Origin: a virus
Taxonomy: Duplodnaviria > Heunggongvirae > Uroviricota > Caudoviricetes
IMG/VR virus record: IMGVR_UViG_2974564184_000001
Span: 64,977 to 128,976 of that record
Length of the DNA stretch: 64,000 bases
Strand: one strand, 5' to 3'
This document shows, piece by piece, positions 52,425-61,948 of this stretch. The notes below the pieces were generated by a model. That model searched no databases and was not told the origin of the DNA. It worked only from the letters and a program-made list of their open reading frames with translations. The translations under genes and the position numbers were made by a program. Each line of letters starts with the position of its first letter. The stretch's first letter is position 1.

Positions 52425-54378
52425 TCAAGCCCCGGTATTCTTTGAATTCCGGGGAGTTGTAGTGGCGGAAGCTGACTTTAGTAATCAGAGGATACTTACT
52501 TGTCGCTTCGGCTTTCAATTTTTCGAGTTGTTTCTCGTAACGTCCACGCACTGCCTGCACGAATGCAGCCTCTTTATGAGTGCTGTGGAAGCTCTCCGCG
52601 CCCAAATACCTTCCTAAGCGGTGAGGGTACGACTCTGATGTTGGTCGGAAGTTCAGCGTTCGGGTTCCAAACAGTTTACGCATTGATCGTTTGATCCGAA
52701 CAGTGCTTTCCAGGTTCTTTCTGATGAACCATTCTTTGTAACTGTCTCGCGTGTTTTCAATCCACGCATCTTTTGTCACCTTCTTCGCTTCTTTCGAGAT
52801 GTGTTTCTCCGCTGTGCTGGTCACCAGCCAGATCTCATCCCCTTCCACACCTAAATTGTCAAACTGGGATCTCACGTAATGCTTTGCATCACGGAAGTCG
52901 CCAAGCCATGTTGCGTCACCTTGGTTTTTGGCTCGCTTGACCATGTAATACTCAACGTCTTCTAAGGCATCCTTGTTCACCCATTGCTCGTAGCCGTTGC
53001 CCTCTCGCTCGAACACACAGACACGGATGTTGCCTGTACGTGCTGCACGTTCCGTAGGCACCTTCGGAGCATTGAACGAGGTAGCATACACGAAAACTGC
53101 TTTGAAGTAATCATGTTCTGCAAGCAAAGCGCCTGGATCATCAAGATGTACGATGTGCATACGTTCAACACTGTGTTGCTGTGCCAAGTGAACCGCACGG
53201 CGTTTCAATGCTGACTTTTTATCCGCGTACAAGATCGTTGGTGCGTTCAAGACCCCAGATACAGACATTACTGTATCATAGTCTATCTTCCAACCACGAG
53301 ACCCTTTCTTGTACGATGTCTTAGAAACAACCAAGTTTCCTTCACCGATCACGCTTTCCAGCTTGTCGCGGAGCCACTCATACCCGTAGCGAGTGATAAA
53401 GTAGCTGTGACCACGACTCAAGAAGAACTCACGGGCTTCCATGATGTTGTTTGTCTTCTCAAGCTGGGCGATGATTTCATCACCGATACCGTCAGAGACT
53501 TGCTTAATCACGGCTGCGAGCTTTTCACCAAAGCCGCCGTCCTCTTCACCCTCTTCGGTGTATTCTCGTCCAGGAGATACGTCACAAGCTCCGATAGGCA
53601 GCGTCACAGAGCAAGCAGGGTAGTCTTTAAGCGCAGCAGATACGTAAGGCTGCTGACCCATGATCACAACGTTCTCGTGGCCCTGACGTTTGTTGTAGAA
53701 CTCCACAACCCACCCGTCAACCTCCTGACGATGCCAGCATTTAGGCGCATCATGGACAATTAAGTCCCGCACGTAAGGATCGTTGATCTCATACGGCATC
53801 TGAACATACGTCAGGCACTTTTTCAGTGCTGTGCGGAAAGAGTCCACATCAGAAGGATCGACAGAGAATTTGATCTCAACACCGTTACCTTCGATTGTTT
53901 CCGACTCATTCAGGACAGCAATACGTGGCAGACCCTTGTGAAGGTATGCGGAGTACGCTGTCTTCGTTCCGTTGTGGGTCGAAGTCACTGTGAACATATC
54001 TGTGTATGCCCACGGAGCCTTAGAGCCGATACCTTTAGCGCCCACAACTTCGTTGTTTTGACGCTTGGTGCTGATACCTAACACCATAAAGGTTTTGGTT
54101 ACCATTTCTTTATCCATACCCAGACCGAAGTCACGCACCGAGAACCAAGGCTCCAGGTTTGTCGGGCTATGGATCTGGATAGGCACATCCTTACGATCAG
54201 ATTCGATGTGACTATCGAAGGCATTGAACAAAGGCTCACGCACTGCCGCTAAACGCTTGTCTTTGTAGATCCCAGAGATTATGATGCGGAAAGTCTCCGC
54301 ATTGAGGGCGATTCCCCCGGCGTAAGACTCCACGTTAGCGGAGACCGAAGCCTCCGTGTATTCGCGGTTTACAATCAT
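52396..54378 (-). CDS. rIIA: rIIA-like protein (GHKL ATPase N-terminus)
   Basis: AAVREPLFNAFDSH, VRDFGLGM, STKRQNNEVVGAKGIGSKAPWAY. Confidence 0.9.
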   Translation of the reverse strand: MIVNREYTEASVSANVESYAGGIALNAETFRIIISGIYKDKRLAAVREPLFNAFDSHIESDRKDVPIQIHSPTNLEPWFSVRDFGLGMDKEMVTKTFMVLGISTKRQNNEVVGAKGIGSKAPWAYTDMFTVTSTHNGTKTAYSAYLHKGLPRIAVLNESETIEGNGVEIKFSVDPSDVDSFRTALKKCLTYVQMPYEINDPYVRDLIVHDAPKCWHRQEVDGWVVEFYNKRQGHENVVIMGQQPYVSAALKDYPACSVTLPIGACDVSPGREYTEEGEEDGGFGEKLAAVIKQVSDGIGDEIIAQLEKTNNIMEAREFFLSRGHSYFITRYGYEWLRDKLESVIGEGNLVVSKTSYKKGSRGWKIDYDTVMSVSGVLNAPTILYADKKSALKRRAVHLAQQHSVERMHIVHLDDPGALLAEHDYFKAVFVYATSFNAPKVPTERAARTGNIRVCVFEREGNGYEQWVNKDALEDVEYYMVKRAKNQGDATWLGDFRDAKHYVRSQFDNLGVEGDEIWLVTSTAEKHISKEAKKVTKDAWIENTRDSYKEWFIRKNLESTVRIKRSMRKLFGTRTLNFRPTSESYPHRLGRYLGAESFHSTHKEAAFVQAVRGRYEKQLEKLKAEATSKYPLITKVSFRHYNSPEFKEYRGLIDAKEKNNG

Positions 54379-54608
54379 TTAGTTGGCTCTCCGATGATGC
54401 CTGCAACGATTGCTTCAAAGATAGAAGCAACTAACCAAGACACAACAAACATCAAAGCTCCCATCGCAAGAACTTGACTGAATGTCACAGTGCCGTGCAT
54501 ATAGTTGACAACATAGTTGGCAGCTACGAGACCTGTACCATACCAAGTAGCACAGAAAGCCAACAGGTTGAAAAGTACCAGTGCGAAAGAGGTTTGGAAT
54601 TGAGTCAT
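54375..54608 (-). CDS. Two-TM membrane protein (77 aa)
   Basis: Hydrophobic helices. Confidence 0.6.
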   Translation of the reverse strand: MTQFQTSFALVLFNLLAFCATWYGTGLVAANYVVNYMHGTVTFSQVLAMGALMFVVSWLVASIFEAIVAGIIGEPTK

Positions 54609-54632
54609 TTTGTTTCTCCTTTGATTAGCCTA

Positions 54633-55148
54633 TTAAGAGGCGGTTTTTTCTTTATAAAAGATGTGGTTATCAATCTTCACTGTACGGATCATTACTTTCG
54701 TCCAGTAAGGTCTAACCTTTCGAGAATGATAATACGTGCTCCCCTTGGTGATGTCAAGGGTGTCGTACACAATTTTATTGGTTTTGTGCAGAGTGATAAG
54801 AGTAGTAGCGAAGTCTTTCGCTTTGTTCCAAGTCTCTGCTTCGTGAACCTTAAAGGTTCCGCCATGTGTCGTCCAAGAAAACTGGCCTGCCTGATAGACA
54901 ATCTTGCCAATTGTTGCCGGGAACTTTTCATGATCCTTTCGGTTGATGGTCACAAACCCAACCGCAAGCATTCCATAATCGCTTTCGCCTCTGGATTCAC
55001 GGTAGATATTGCAAGCTAAGATGTTAACCGCAGTGTCTGTCTTCTTGCAGACATGTAGCACCTTTGGCTTCTTTGCACTTTCTGTAGCCATAGCCGGGGC
55101 GGTGGTTAGAGAAATGGCACAGGCGGTTGCCAGGATGAATTTATTCAA
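54633..55148 (-). CDS. SleB/Hydrolase_2-family cell wall hydrolase with signal peptide
   Basis: LACNIYRESRGE...AVGFVTINR...QFSW...YYH...IDNHIFY; likely TTG start with AMA-TE cleavage site. Confidence 0.85.
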   Translation of the reverse strand: MNKFILATACAISLTTAPAMATESAKKPKVLHVCKKTDTAVNILACNIYRESRGESDYGMLAVGFVTINRKDHEKFPATIGKIVYQAGQFSWTTHGGTFKVHEAETWNKAKDFATTLITLHKTNKIVYDTLDITKGSTYYHSRKVRPYWTKVMIRTVKIDNHIFYKEKTAS

Positions 55149-55193
55149 GTGTAACTCCCAAATTAACAAGCCCCTGCGATAGGGGCTTTACTT

Positions 55194-55547
55194 TTAGCGC
55201 GTTCGGATATTACCCGACATCGAGCTTACATTACCACCAATGCTTCCGGCTGTCACGCTGCCGGACATGGTTTTTACGTTACCTGCCGTGTCTTTCTCGA
55301 TGTGGACATCACCAGACATGGTTTTCACGTCGTTGATCACTGACCCGTACACGTTTACCGAGCCGGATTGCGTCTCAACACTCCCCTTCACATCACCGTT
55401 TACCACAACGGTAATGTTTTTGTCAGAAGTTGTCATCACGGTTCGCCCGTTGATGATGATTTTATCACCATCCGAAGTCACATTGATGGTCTTACCCGCT
55501 ACGAGGTCTCCTTCAATGACCTGCCCGTTAATCACTACGTTGTTCAT
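55194..55547 (-). CDS. Bactofilin/DUF4097-like beta-solenoid protein (117 aa)
   Basis: Repeats GDVKGSVETQSGSVNV / GSVINDVKTMSGDVHI / GNVKTMSGSVTA; likely start MNNVV. Confidence 0.6.
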   Translation of the reverse strand: MNNVVINGQVIEGDLVAGKTINVTSDGDKIIINGRTVMTTSDKNITVVVNGDVKGSVETQSGSVNVYGSVINDVKTMSGDVHIEKDTAGNVKTMSGSVTAGSIGGNVSSMSGNIRTR

Positions 55548-55704
55548 CTGTGACAGTCCCCTTTTGAACGTGGAAAACCAAGCCTTTGTTTTTCTTAACA
55601 AATTCTCTTCCCTCGTCTTCGTTTAGAAAGATAAGTGTCTCACACTTGGAAGACAGCTTACCACCTTTTGATGTTGCTCGGGTTGTTGAGACGATAAGGG
55701 CCAT
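55528..55704 (-). CDS. Small protein (58 aa), not in ORF track
   Basis: MALIVSTTRATSKGG...EQRSD*, coupled to ligase stop. Confidence 0.5.
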   Translation of the reverse strand: MALIVSTTRATSKGGKLSSKCETLIFLNEDEGREFVKKNKGLVFHVQKGTVTDEQRSD

Positions 55705-56741
55705 TACAGCCCCTCGTTCAACTTAGCCAGATACCAGGCGCGAGCCTTGTTGGACAGGAATTTGGCTACATCTTTCATCACCAAATTACTTTCTTTCATG
55801 ACATCGCCTTCTTCTTTGATGATATCACGATTCATCCAACTAAGGAACTCACCGATCTTCTGGATGTCTTTGCCGACCTCCTCAAGACCTTGGTTCAGGC
55901 GGTTCTCAGTCACAGCGTAGTCCACGAACTCCTGGATGCTTGCCAGGCGCTCTGGATCGACTGCTGCCAGGGTTTTCACCTTAGAAACCGAGTGCTTTTC
56001 ACCCTTGACCTTGAACCAGAAACCGGAGTTCTGAGCCATCTTAGGGTTCATTGGTGACCACACCACACCCTCACCGATGCCGCTCACACCGAACTTCTTA
56101 CCTGCTGGGCATTCTTCTTCGACCTTCTGAGTCACCTCAATCAGACCGTTGGTGAAGAGTTCTGGCTGGGAGAAGTCGATATCTAACATCCAGAAACCGA
56201 AGTCCAAGATGTTGAAGACACGATCTACATCCGCCATTGTCAGGCCCATCAGGAACGCTGGCGGCAACCACATCAGGCTGTCATGCTCATCCTTACCTAC
56301 CGCAATGCGGAAGATAGCGAAGAACGGGTCAACCTCATTCAGTGCCACACCCTTTTGGATGCCACGGCCTGCCCATTCACCTGCTACTTCAACAGGGAAT
56401 TTGAACTCAACACCGCGAGTCTCGCAGATGTAACGCACTTGGTCAAGCAGTCGTTTGTGGTCGATGTGGATCATACGGGCCATAAAGCCCTGATTGTCAT
56501 CGCCGATACCCAGAACACGCTCTTTCGACTGGTAAACGATCTCATCATCACTGTAGAAGACGATAGAACCATTAGTGCCGTGTAGTTTAACCGTACCGAA
56601 GTACGGAACCACCCAATCTTCTGGCGTCTTACGCTTGATGTTGCCATCAGAATCAATGCCGTCGAAGGTCAGTGATTCCTTAACGGTACGCACCACCTGG
56701 CGAAGCTGTGAGGTGCTCGGGTATTTGATTGGTTTAGTCAA
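55704..56741 (-). CDS. RNA ligase (Rnl2-like)
   Basis: Motif I VKLHGTN, III GEWAG, IV GEGVVW, V FKVK. Confidence 0.85.
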   Translation of the reverse strand: MTKPIKYPSTSQLRQVVRTVKESLTFDGIDSDGNIKRKTPEDWVVPYFGTVKLHGTNGSIVFYSDDEIVYQSKERVLGIGDDNQGFMARMIHIDHKRLLDQVRYICETRGVEFKFPVEVAGEWAGRGIQKGVALNEVDPFFAIFRIAVGKDEHDSLMWLPPAFLMGLTMADVDRVFNILDFGFWMLDIDFSQPELFTNGLIEVTQKVEEECPAGKKFGVSGIGEGVVWSPMNPKMAQNSGFWFKVKGEKHSVSKVKTLAAVDPERLASIQEFVDYAVTENRLNQGLEEVGKDIQKIGEFLSWMNRDIIKEEGDVMKESNLVMKDVAKFLSNKARAWYLAKLNEGL

Positions 56742-57246
56742 CTTTCACCTCCTGTGCAGGCTTCACTACAACCTGCTTGATTAAATTATCGAGGTCGTTA
56801 ATCCACTCAGGGCATTTCAGGAACGCAGCCAAGTCAACATCCGCCAACTCATAGGCGCTATTCAGTGTGATCGCGTACAACTTACCGTTTTCCAGCAGCA
56901 AGCTCTGAACGGTTGAGGTACGAACATATGTAAGAACGCCAGGTCTGTAACCATAGATGCACCGAGGGAATTCTTCAATGTATGGACGGCATTTTACAAT
57001 AACACCATTGAATTTTTTTCCACCTACCAATTCTGCGTCCGCTGCTTGGAGGATTGTCTCAGGTACAGTGAAGAATGGATAGTCTCCGTCAGCATTAAAT
57101 GTCACCGAAACATGGGGGATACCTGTGGCGATGGTATCATCACGGGCCAAGCCATAATCATGTTTAGCTGCACGATACACCACAATCCCCGCCTTAGCGC
57201 TTGGATCAGTGCTGTAGGATTGGGTCAGAGTATATTTCTTAATCAT
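56734..57246 (-). CDS. Hypothetical protein (170 aa)
   Basis: Coupled ORF. Confidence 0.6.
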   Translation of the reverse strand: MIKKYTLTQSYSTDPSAKAGIVVYRAAKHDYGLARDDTIATGIPHVSVTFNADGDYPFFTVPETILQAADAELVGGKKFNGVIVKCRPYIEEFPRCIYGYRPGVLTYVRTSTVQSLLLENGKLYAITLNSAYELADVDLAAFLKCPEWINDLDNLIKQVVVKPAQEVKVD

Positions 57247-57679
57247 TGTTTTCTCCTATTCGATGAATTTAATACCAGTCACATCCACAGAGGCCAGTTT
57301 GTAGCGCGTCTGTTCTGCGAAAGGTCTTTTAGTTGTGTTGTTCCGGCTGGAACTAAAGGCGGTTTTAGCCACACCCTTAGAAGACCAGGACACCTTCTCA
57401 TTCGCTGAACGCCAGAAAACCTGATGCTCAGTATCGAAGATCACAAAGATCTCCGTTTGAGGTTTGTTCTTCATTAATTGGTCTCCGGTGGAGTCCATCC
57501 TGCTTTAATCAGGAACTCCTGGGCGCTGATACGCTCCAAGGATTTAGGATCTTCTGCACCCAGCAAAAGAACCGAGAACTTCTCTCCCCGCCCGGGGGCT
57601 GAGAAGCTGAATACATTGCCGTTTGAATCATGCAGATCCAATTTCTTGGCATGGGCAACCATACCGATTTCTAAAGTGA

Positions 57680-57856
57680 TCATTTCCAGTCTCCATTGAA
57701 GAGCCGCATAACAAGGATGCCGAAGAAATAGATAGGCCATCCTACCATTATAAAGAATGCCGCCATGACATCCATTGCGTCAACGCGCCAGTTCAAGTTT
57801 TTAAGATAGAAACATCCAAAAAATGTACCGACAAGAAACCAAAGGAAAGTTAGCAT
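57680..57856 (-). CDS. Two-TM small protein (58 aa), not in ORF track
   Basis: MLTFLWFLVGTFFG...VGWPIYFFGILV... Confidence 0.55.
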   Translation of the reverse strand: MLTFLWFLVGTFFGCFYLKNLNWRVDAMDVMAAFFIMVGWPIYFFGILVMRLFNGDWK

Positions 57857-58356
57857 ATCACTGTCTCCCCAAAAGGAATCTCTTTGGCATCAAGGACATA
57901 AATCGTCACATCCATCCCAATCAGCGTTTTCTTGATCATCATTTCAATGATGTCCCAGTCGCCTTTTGCCAATCCAGCGCCAATCTTCGGCAGGCCGATC
58001 TTAACCTCGTTGCCACGGACGCTTTTAGCGAGACCCGCGAAGCGCACTAAGGCATCGTACAATGCGTCATAATCCAGGTCACGTATACCTTCGTTACGTC
58101 CCCAGTAACCACCCTGTGAGTACAGATTGGCGATGACCACCTCGCCTTCACACGCCCAAGAGAGTGTACCTTTCTTTTCAAGGTCTCCCTTTTTGGTTTT
58201 GAGGTCGGAGGCGTAAGCACCCGGGAACGCTTTCTTGATCAGCGGAGCAATGCCGCTACCCATCGTGCAGTAGCAGTTGCAGCCGTGAGCGATCACGTTC
58301 ACTTCACCGTCCTGAGCAGCTTTAATCAGGTCACCGACCTTGTAAACTACACTCAT
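57850..58356 (-). CDS. Macrodomain (ADP-ribose binding/hydrolase) protein
   Basis: GDL...IAHGCNC...MGSGIA..IK..FP, IANLYSQ, IGLPKIGAGLAKGDW. Confidence 0.88.
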   Translation of the reverse strand: MSVVYKVGDLIKAAQDGEVNVIAHGCNCYCTMGSGIAPLIKKAFPGAYASDLKTKKGDLEKKGTLSWACEGEVVIANLYSQGGYWGRNEGIRDLDYDALYDALVRFAGLAKSVRGNEVKIGLPKIGAGLAKGDWDIIEMMIKKTLIGMDVTIYVLDAKEIPFGETVIC

Positions 58357-58868
58357 GACTTCACCTCCAGACCCATGCGTTGAACAATGGCCTTGTCCAA
58401 GATCTCTTTGAAGCCGTCATTCAGTCGTGCTGCGAAGTGTGCCTGAGCATTTTCCAGTGCATATCGGATCTTACGGGTCATGCCGTCACCAAATTCCTTT
58501 TTGGCATTCTCGGTACATTCCTTCACGAGTTCTTCAAACATCGCGTAGCACAGACCTTTAACTTCTGCGTTCACGATGGACTGAACTTCGCTCTTACGGA
58601 CGCTTGTCAATCCAGCAGGAGAGTTCCACCCGCGTTTGGTCAGGTACGCATCCAGTTCTTTCTGCACACGGGCAGTCAAGCTCTGGTCGAGCGTGTACTC
58701 TTTCGCAGTTTCTTCAATCTGACGAAGAACATCCTGATTGATGCGCTTATCCAGAATATTGGAAGTGATGTTGTTGATCACTGCCTGTTGCAGGTTAACC
58801 CGCGCTTGTGTTCCTTCGGGAAACAGCGCGTTCACCGCTGCTGTGTCGAGCTTTAATTCAACCATCAT
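58353..58868 (-). CDS. Hypothetical helical protein (171 aa)
   Basis: Likely start MMVELK with SD GGAG. Confidence 0.65.
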   Translation of the reverse strand: MMVELKLDTAAVNALFPEGTQARVNLQQAVINNITSNILDKRINQDVLRQIEETAKEYTLDQSLTARVQKELDAYLTKRGWNSPAGLTSVRKSEVQSIVNAEVKGLCYAMFEELVKECTENAKKEFGDGMTRKIRYALENAQAHFAARLNDGFKEILDKAIVQRMGLEVKS

Positions 58869-58876
58869 GGTCTCCT

Positions 58877-59053
58877 TTATTTGCACATACGTTTGCGATA
58901 GTCGGCGATACCGTCTTTGACTTCCTGTCGTGACTTTGCACAGATGGAATAGACACGCTGACCATTGTAATTCAGACCGCCAAGACACATATCAAAGCGG
59001 TCAATCTCCCAGAATTCTTTAAGCAGATCCGGGTTCAGCTTTGGCTTTGCCAT
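58877..59053 (-). CDS. Small protein (58 aa), not in ORF track
   Basis: SD AGGAG; MAKPKLNPDLLKEFWEIDRFD...RKRMCK*. Confidence 0.55.
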   Translation of the reverse strand: MAKPKLNPDLLKEFWEIDRFDMCLGGLNYNGQRVYSICAKSRQEVKDGIADYRKRMCK

Positions 59054-59318
59054 GCTTTTTCTCCTTAAAGCGTTTCAGCCTGTTCTCAAGACTGTAGTAG
59101 CCCGGGGCGGAGTCACCTAAGTAATCCAACCGCGCTTCTTCGGGGTTGTCCATCATATGCTTGACCTCTGGCAATGTCAACGCATATTCGTACTGCTCTT
59201 TTGTAAGAGAGGAATTCACACACCCCATACAAGCGCACCAACCACCGGAGCAGTAACGTAAAGTGCCGTACATCCCGACCAACTTACGACAAGTTGTAAC
59301 AAGTTCGCGATCAGTCAT
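59019..59318 (-). CDS. Cys-containing hypothetical protein (99 aa)
   Basis: YCSGGWCACMGCVN. Confidence 0.55.
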   Translation of the reverse strand: MTDRELVTTCRKLVGMYGTLRYCSGGWCACMGCVNSSLTKEQYEYALTLPEVKHMMDNPEEARLDYLGDSAPGYYSLENRLKRFKEKKHGKAKAEPGSA

Positions 59319-59875
59319 TTCTTCTTTCCTTTCTTGAACTTGTTGTGACCACGACCTTTACGCAGCTTCGAAGAGCGCTCATCCAAGAAAGAAGGCTTCA
59401 TCATCTTCTCTTCTGCCAAATCAATGTGAACGATGTTGTCAGCCAGCATTCTTCGCTCCATAGTAGCGAATGACGTGAGAGCGCCTATAAAGCCCCCTGC
59501 GAGTCCCGGGCCAGCACCCAGTACGACGACATCCTTTTTCTCTTTTGACCGTTCCTGTGCCGACTGACGAACTAATGCAAGCAGTTCTGGGTCAGAGCAG
59601 ACCTCGACATACTCTTCCTCGGCACCAAGGACACGATCATCCCACAAAAGAGAGTCGGCAGCGAACGCTGCTGCCCGTTCTTCAAGAGAACTGAAATCAA
59701 CGTCTGGAAGGACAATTTTTAAATCCGTATCTTTGAACTGCTCCCTTAGTTCAGCCCACACTTTAGTCATCTGTGCTTTTTCTTCTTCTGTTGGGGCCAT
59801 ATGGTCAATCGACCCCAGCATGAATCGGGAATCCATCCCTATGAGTGTTTTGTCGATATCAATCGCCTCTTGCAT
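59315..59875 (-). CDS. Hypothetical mosaic protein (186 aa)
   Basis: Coupled ORF with basic tail. Confidence 0.6.
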   Translation of the reverse strand: MQEAIDIDKTLIGMDSRFMLGSIDHMAPTEEEKAQMTKVWAELREQFKDTDLKIVLPDVDFSSLEERAAAFAADSLLWDDRVLGAEEEYVEVCSDPELLALVRQSAQERSKEKKDVVVLGAGPGLAGGFIGALTSFATMERRMLADNIVHIDLAEEKMMKPSFLDERSSKLRKGRGHNKFKKGKKK

Positions 59876-60216
59876 TAGTTTTTACCCCACGTTTGTGGTT
59901 TACGAAAGCGTGATGACTGCTTTTGACCAGCCAAGAAGTTGGGATTAGCCAGACGATCAGCAAAAGAGTTACTGATTTTATTGGAGATCACACGGCGGTA
60001 GTTAGGGATGTGCATCATAGACGTGTTGATTTTAACACGCACCCTCTGGGTAGAAGGTACAACACTCAAGCCACCAAAACTTTTGGTGTCAAAGAACTCT
60101 ACCGAGAAACCCGCCTCTTCCATTTCAGCGTAAACTGAGAAGGAGTGTTTCAATTGACCAGCCAATTCACGGTCAAGAAGGCGTTGTTCGCTGTTTAATT
60201 CATCAGTGATCTGCAT
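59875..60216 (-). CDS. Hypothetical protein (113 aa)
   Basis: ORF with SD GAGG. Confidence 0.6.
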   Translation of the reverse strand: MQITDELNSEQRLLDRELAGQLKHSFSVYAEMEEAGFSVEFFDTKSFGGLSVVPSTQRVRVKINTSMMHIPNYRRVISNKISNSFADRLANPNFLAGQKQSSRFRKPQTWGKN

Positions 60217-60287
60217 GATAGTTCCTCTTTTTGGGTTAGTGCAGAAAGACTAACAGCCTCCGAAGAGGCTGTCAAAGACTTTATGAA

Positions 60288-61496
60288 TTATTTTGCACTC
60301 TTTGCAGCCTTCACTGCTTCGGCGTACTGATCCATATAGTCGTTTACAATGTCCATCACCACCTGGTAGCTGTTCGCCAGGCGAGGGATTAACTTCTCAC
60401 GAGAAGTGTTGGCCTTCAACAATGCAGGGCCAGCAGACGAAGGATTCAGGAATGTCAGGAAGATTGACATTACGAAGTCTGCGTTCGTGTTTGCAAAGTT
60501 GTTGTGCAGATAGGTCAGGAAGTTCTTGCTGCTCTCGATGATCGTATCATCGGAGACGGCATCATCCATCACTGCACGGCGGAGGTGACGTGTGCCTTCC
60601 ATACCCAGAATGAACTGCATGTCATCTGAGAGGTCAGTGGCTTTGGTCACTGTACCCGCCATAATCCCTGCGATGTCCGGCAGCTTATGGTTACGGTGGT
60701 AAGTTGCAATAGCCTTAGCGGTGATCTTGCCAACCAGACCTTGAAGCATTACACCCATCTCGCGCTCTGTGATCAGACCTTCGTCGAACTCATACAGAAC
60801 TTCACTGGCATCTGCCAGGGTACGAGGGGTAGAGAACGAAGGAGATCCTTGCTCAATACACTGTGTCTCGTAGTTTTCGATGTGCTGAGATTCGCTTTTC
60901 AGCAGCCGGATGATGGTCGCATGGATGTTATTCGGCAGCGCGAAGTCTTCAATCCAGATCGGAGCATCGTAATACAGTTCAACCAGCATCATACGGTTCG
61001 CCAGCGCCGGAACGATTGCGTGTGTAGCGCCGCCATCGGAGTCACGGTTACCTGCTGCAACCATACGTGCGCCTTTAGGGAACACATACTTACCGATACG
61101 ACGATCCAACATGATTTGGAACGCAACGTTCTGGAGGTATGGCTCTGCATTGAGCAGCTCATCCATGAAGATGAAACCTTCCCAGTCAGGGTCAGTAGGC
61201 CAGAAGTCTGGAACAGCGTACACAGTACGCATTTTACCATCTACCATTGTTGGGATCTGATGTCCAGCAACGTCTGATGGTTCTTTATCCGCCAAACGGA
61301 AGTCCACTAAGTTGGGTTCTTGACCTTCGGTACGCTTACCGAACAGCTTATCCGCCAATTGTTGCAGCTTCTGGCTCTTGCCCAAGCCTGGGCCACCATA
61401 AACCAACAATGATTTACGTTTACGTGAGCAGTATGCCGCGATGTTTTCCAGCTCGCGGATGTTAATCTGGTTCTCTTCAAAGATATTACGCGACAT
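60288..61496 (-). CDS. MoxR-like AAA+ ATPase (402 aa)
   Basis: Walker A GGPGLGKS, Walker B IFMDE, AAGNR, arginine finger LANR. Confidence 0.85.
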   Translation of the reverse strand: MSRNIFEENQINIRELENIAAYCSRKRKSLLVYGGPGLGKSQKLQQLADKLFGKRTEGQEPNLVDFRLADKEPSDVAGHQIPTMVDGKMRTVYAVPDFWPTDPDWEGFIFMDELLNAEPYLQNVAFQIMLDRRIGKYVFPKGARMVAAGNRDSDGGATHAIVPALANRMMLVELYYDAPIWIEDFALPNNIHATIIRLLKSESQHIENYETQCIEQGSPSFSTPRTLADASEVLYEFDEGLITEREMGVMLQGLVGKITAKAIATYHRNHKLPDIAGIMAGTVTKATDLSDDMQFILGMEGTRHLRRAVMDDAVSDDTIIESSKNFLTYLHNNFANTNADFVMSIFLTFLNPSSAGPALLKANTSREKLIPRLANSYQVVMDIVNDYMDQYAEAVKAAKSAK

Positions 61497-61711
61497 TAAT
61501 GTCCCTCCTGAATGTGTACGTTCATCTCACCCTTATGGGTGTCAATCAAACGCACGTTTGTGTTACGACAGATGTGAGACACAGATTTCTGTGCCTCTCG
61601 CTGGGCTTGAGCATACAAACTATTAAAGTCCGTACCGCCTTCCCAGTTGCCAACATGAACCTCTACGGTGAGACGCATGTAGACTTTAGCTGTCACTCGT
61701 TTATCAGACAT
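61496..61711 (-). CDS. Hypothetical protein (71 aa)
   Basis: Coupled ORF. Confidence 0.55.
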   Translation of the reverse strand: MSDKRVTAKVYMRLTVEVHVGNWEGGTDFNSLYAQAQREAQKSVSHICRNTNVRLIDTHKGEMNVHIQEGH

Positions 61712-61714
61712 AGT

Positions 61715-61948
61715 TTACTCCCATTTAATCCACAAGACAAACTCTTCTACATAAACAGGCTTGCCTTTGCCATTGATGTACGTGTACTCCACATATTCTG
61801 CGGTGTACTCCTTGTTGTATTTCGCTGCCTGGGGAACCGGGCAGAGAGTCATTCGAGCCTCTGTCCAACGACGGTGGATAACCGCCTTGTTTTTGGGATC
61901 GAATGGATGGACTAAGTAAGGGGTAACCTTCTTTCCCATTGCGCTCAT
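61715..61948 (-). CDS. Hypothetical protein (77 aa)
   Basis: Coupled ORF. Confidence 0.5.
   Translation of the reverse strand: MSAMGKKVTPYLVHPFDPKNKAVIHRRWTEARMTLCPVPQAAKYNKEYTAEYVEYTYINGKGKPVYVEEFVLWIKWE

Noticed and set aside
51249-52445. 398 aa plus-strand ORF
   Set aside because: Exact antisense shadow of rIIB; no RBS or motifs; explained by codon bias
60252-60272. Hairpin ACAGCCTC-CGAA-GAGGCTGT as a terminator
   Set aside because: Strong stem but no convincing U-tract on the coding strand; left unassigned
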